DNA of 63,363 nt, filler included, from Choristocarpus tenellus KU-1152 (Eukaryota > Protista > Phaeophyceae), in NCBI GenBank assembly GCA_964200185.2. It is 11 parts of 11 records of this genome, joined end to end, with 100 filler letters (N's around TTAATTAATTAA, not from the genome) between each part and the next. Parts side by side here need not be neighbours in the genome. Positions count along the whole stretch, not along the records: positions 58,716 to 63,363 come from CAXNAD020013646.1; 10 more parts are not named here. One strand, written 5' to 3'. Shown piece after piece: positions 62,448 through 63,363 of this stretch (positions are counted from its first letter, which is position 1; each line of letters starts with the position of its first letter). The notes below the pieces were generated by a model. That model had not been told where the DNA came from. It saw only the letters and a list, made by a program, of their open reading frames with translations, and ran no database searches. A program made the translations under genes and the position numbers.

Positions 62448-63288
62448 CTTCTTTTTATATCCTATGGCCTTCTTTGTAAATGATCACTGGTACAGGGACA
62501 GGAGAAAGTCTCCTTTCTCGGGGGAAACTCTGTTGCATCATGGTTGAATGGTATGCACCTCCGAATGGAGCATTACTGATGCCCACATGCCAGCAAAATG
62601 CTGCTATACATTTCTCTCTACCATTCTGGTGTTGGCCCTGGGTGTCATGACCCGCTACCTATGAAACAGACAGCATCATCCGCAGTATGTGATGACAGAA
62701 GATGTGAGGGATTTTGGGTCTGTTTTTAGCGTTCCCAGCCCTCCCCCAACTCTCACGGGACAGGCATGTTGTGCCATGGGTTACTCAACTCGATCATGTG
62801 CTGTTATGTACCCAACCTTCCCTTACGGTGTCAGCAGAGTTGTATACCCACCTGCAGGGGCTTATTCCAGGATGTATTCCCTATGCCGTCGTTGCATCCA
62901 GGGAGTGCTAGCTACACATTGCTTCCCACAGGAGTGTACCTAAGGTTGTGCGAAACCCTCCTCACCCCCCCCCCGCTCCATGAGCTGGCAGTTCGACTTT
63001 GAGCAGCACTTGACGTCATTCGACAGGCCTTGGTGGTGTGCGTGGTGCAGGATGATGTAATTTTGAGGACAGTGTTCTTGCTCAAAAGGAATTTTGTGAG
63101 GCTTGAGGGAATGATGTCTGTGGTTGGCTTGAGCTCTATGGATATTTTGTCTCTTTGTTCAGCGTACGTATTTACAAGCAGCTTACCAATATTCTGGGGA
63201 AGTCCTTGAATGGGAATGACTAGGACTAAATTCATGGTGAAGAGTCCCAACCTCAACCACAAATGTGTTCTACATCCCCAGGGAGTTG

Positions 63289-63363
63289 GGCTCAAAGTAT
63301 CTGGGGGGGGGGGTGGCGGCTGTCCATTTGGGGTCAATTTTTTCATGTCGAGATTTTTGGGTG
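63289..63363 (+). mobile_element. MITE family B left end at window edge
   Basis: GGCTCAAAGTATCTGGGGGGGGGGGTGGCGGCTGTCCATTTGGGG. Confidence 0.92.

Noticed and set aside
61695-63250. ORFs 61695-61955 and 62912-63346
   Set aside because: No motif recognised; the second starts inside a family B MITE.
1-63363. Functional gene cluster linking XPD, CDC37, DBT, USP and others
   Set aside because: The genes lie on separate contigs joined artificially; only SPFH and XPD are truly adjacent.

Overview
This is eukaryotic, intron-rich and repeat-dense DNA, not a prokaryotic locus. The window is 11 unrelated short contigs joined by artificial 100-bp linkers (44 N + TTAATTAATTAA + 44 N), so there is no synteny across linkers. 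GT-AG introns, interstitial TTAGGG tracts and the TE types suggest a stramenopile, probably a brown alga (inference only). Partial host genes rebuilt exon by exon: an SPFH/Band-7 protein head-to-head with XPD/ERCC2, CDC37, the BCKDH E2 subunit (DBT), a USP37-like deubiquitinase with 3 UIMs and a RanBP2/NZF zinc finger, a probable cytochrome-b5-reductase-like FAD-binding protein, and two hypothetical proteins. Mobile DNA: degraded or rearranged Ty1/Copia elements, a gag-only non-autonomous LTR element with hierarchical tandem repeats, an RTE-like LINE remnant and a hAT-like foldback MITE. The strongest unexplained signal is about 22 copies or ends of at least two MITE families. Their interiors are unrelated, but they share a terminal core (GRnnnAAAGTATCT + purine run) and an inverted subterminal GTCCATTTGGG box, and they make 3-4 bp non-specific target-site duplications. 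Family A also carries a conserved central hairpin. No transposase, CRISPR array, rRNA or tRNA was recognised.
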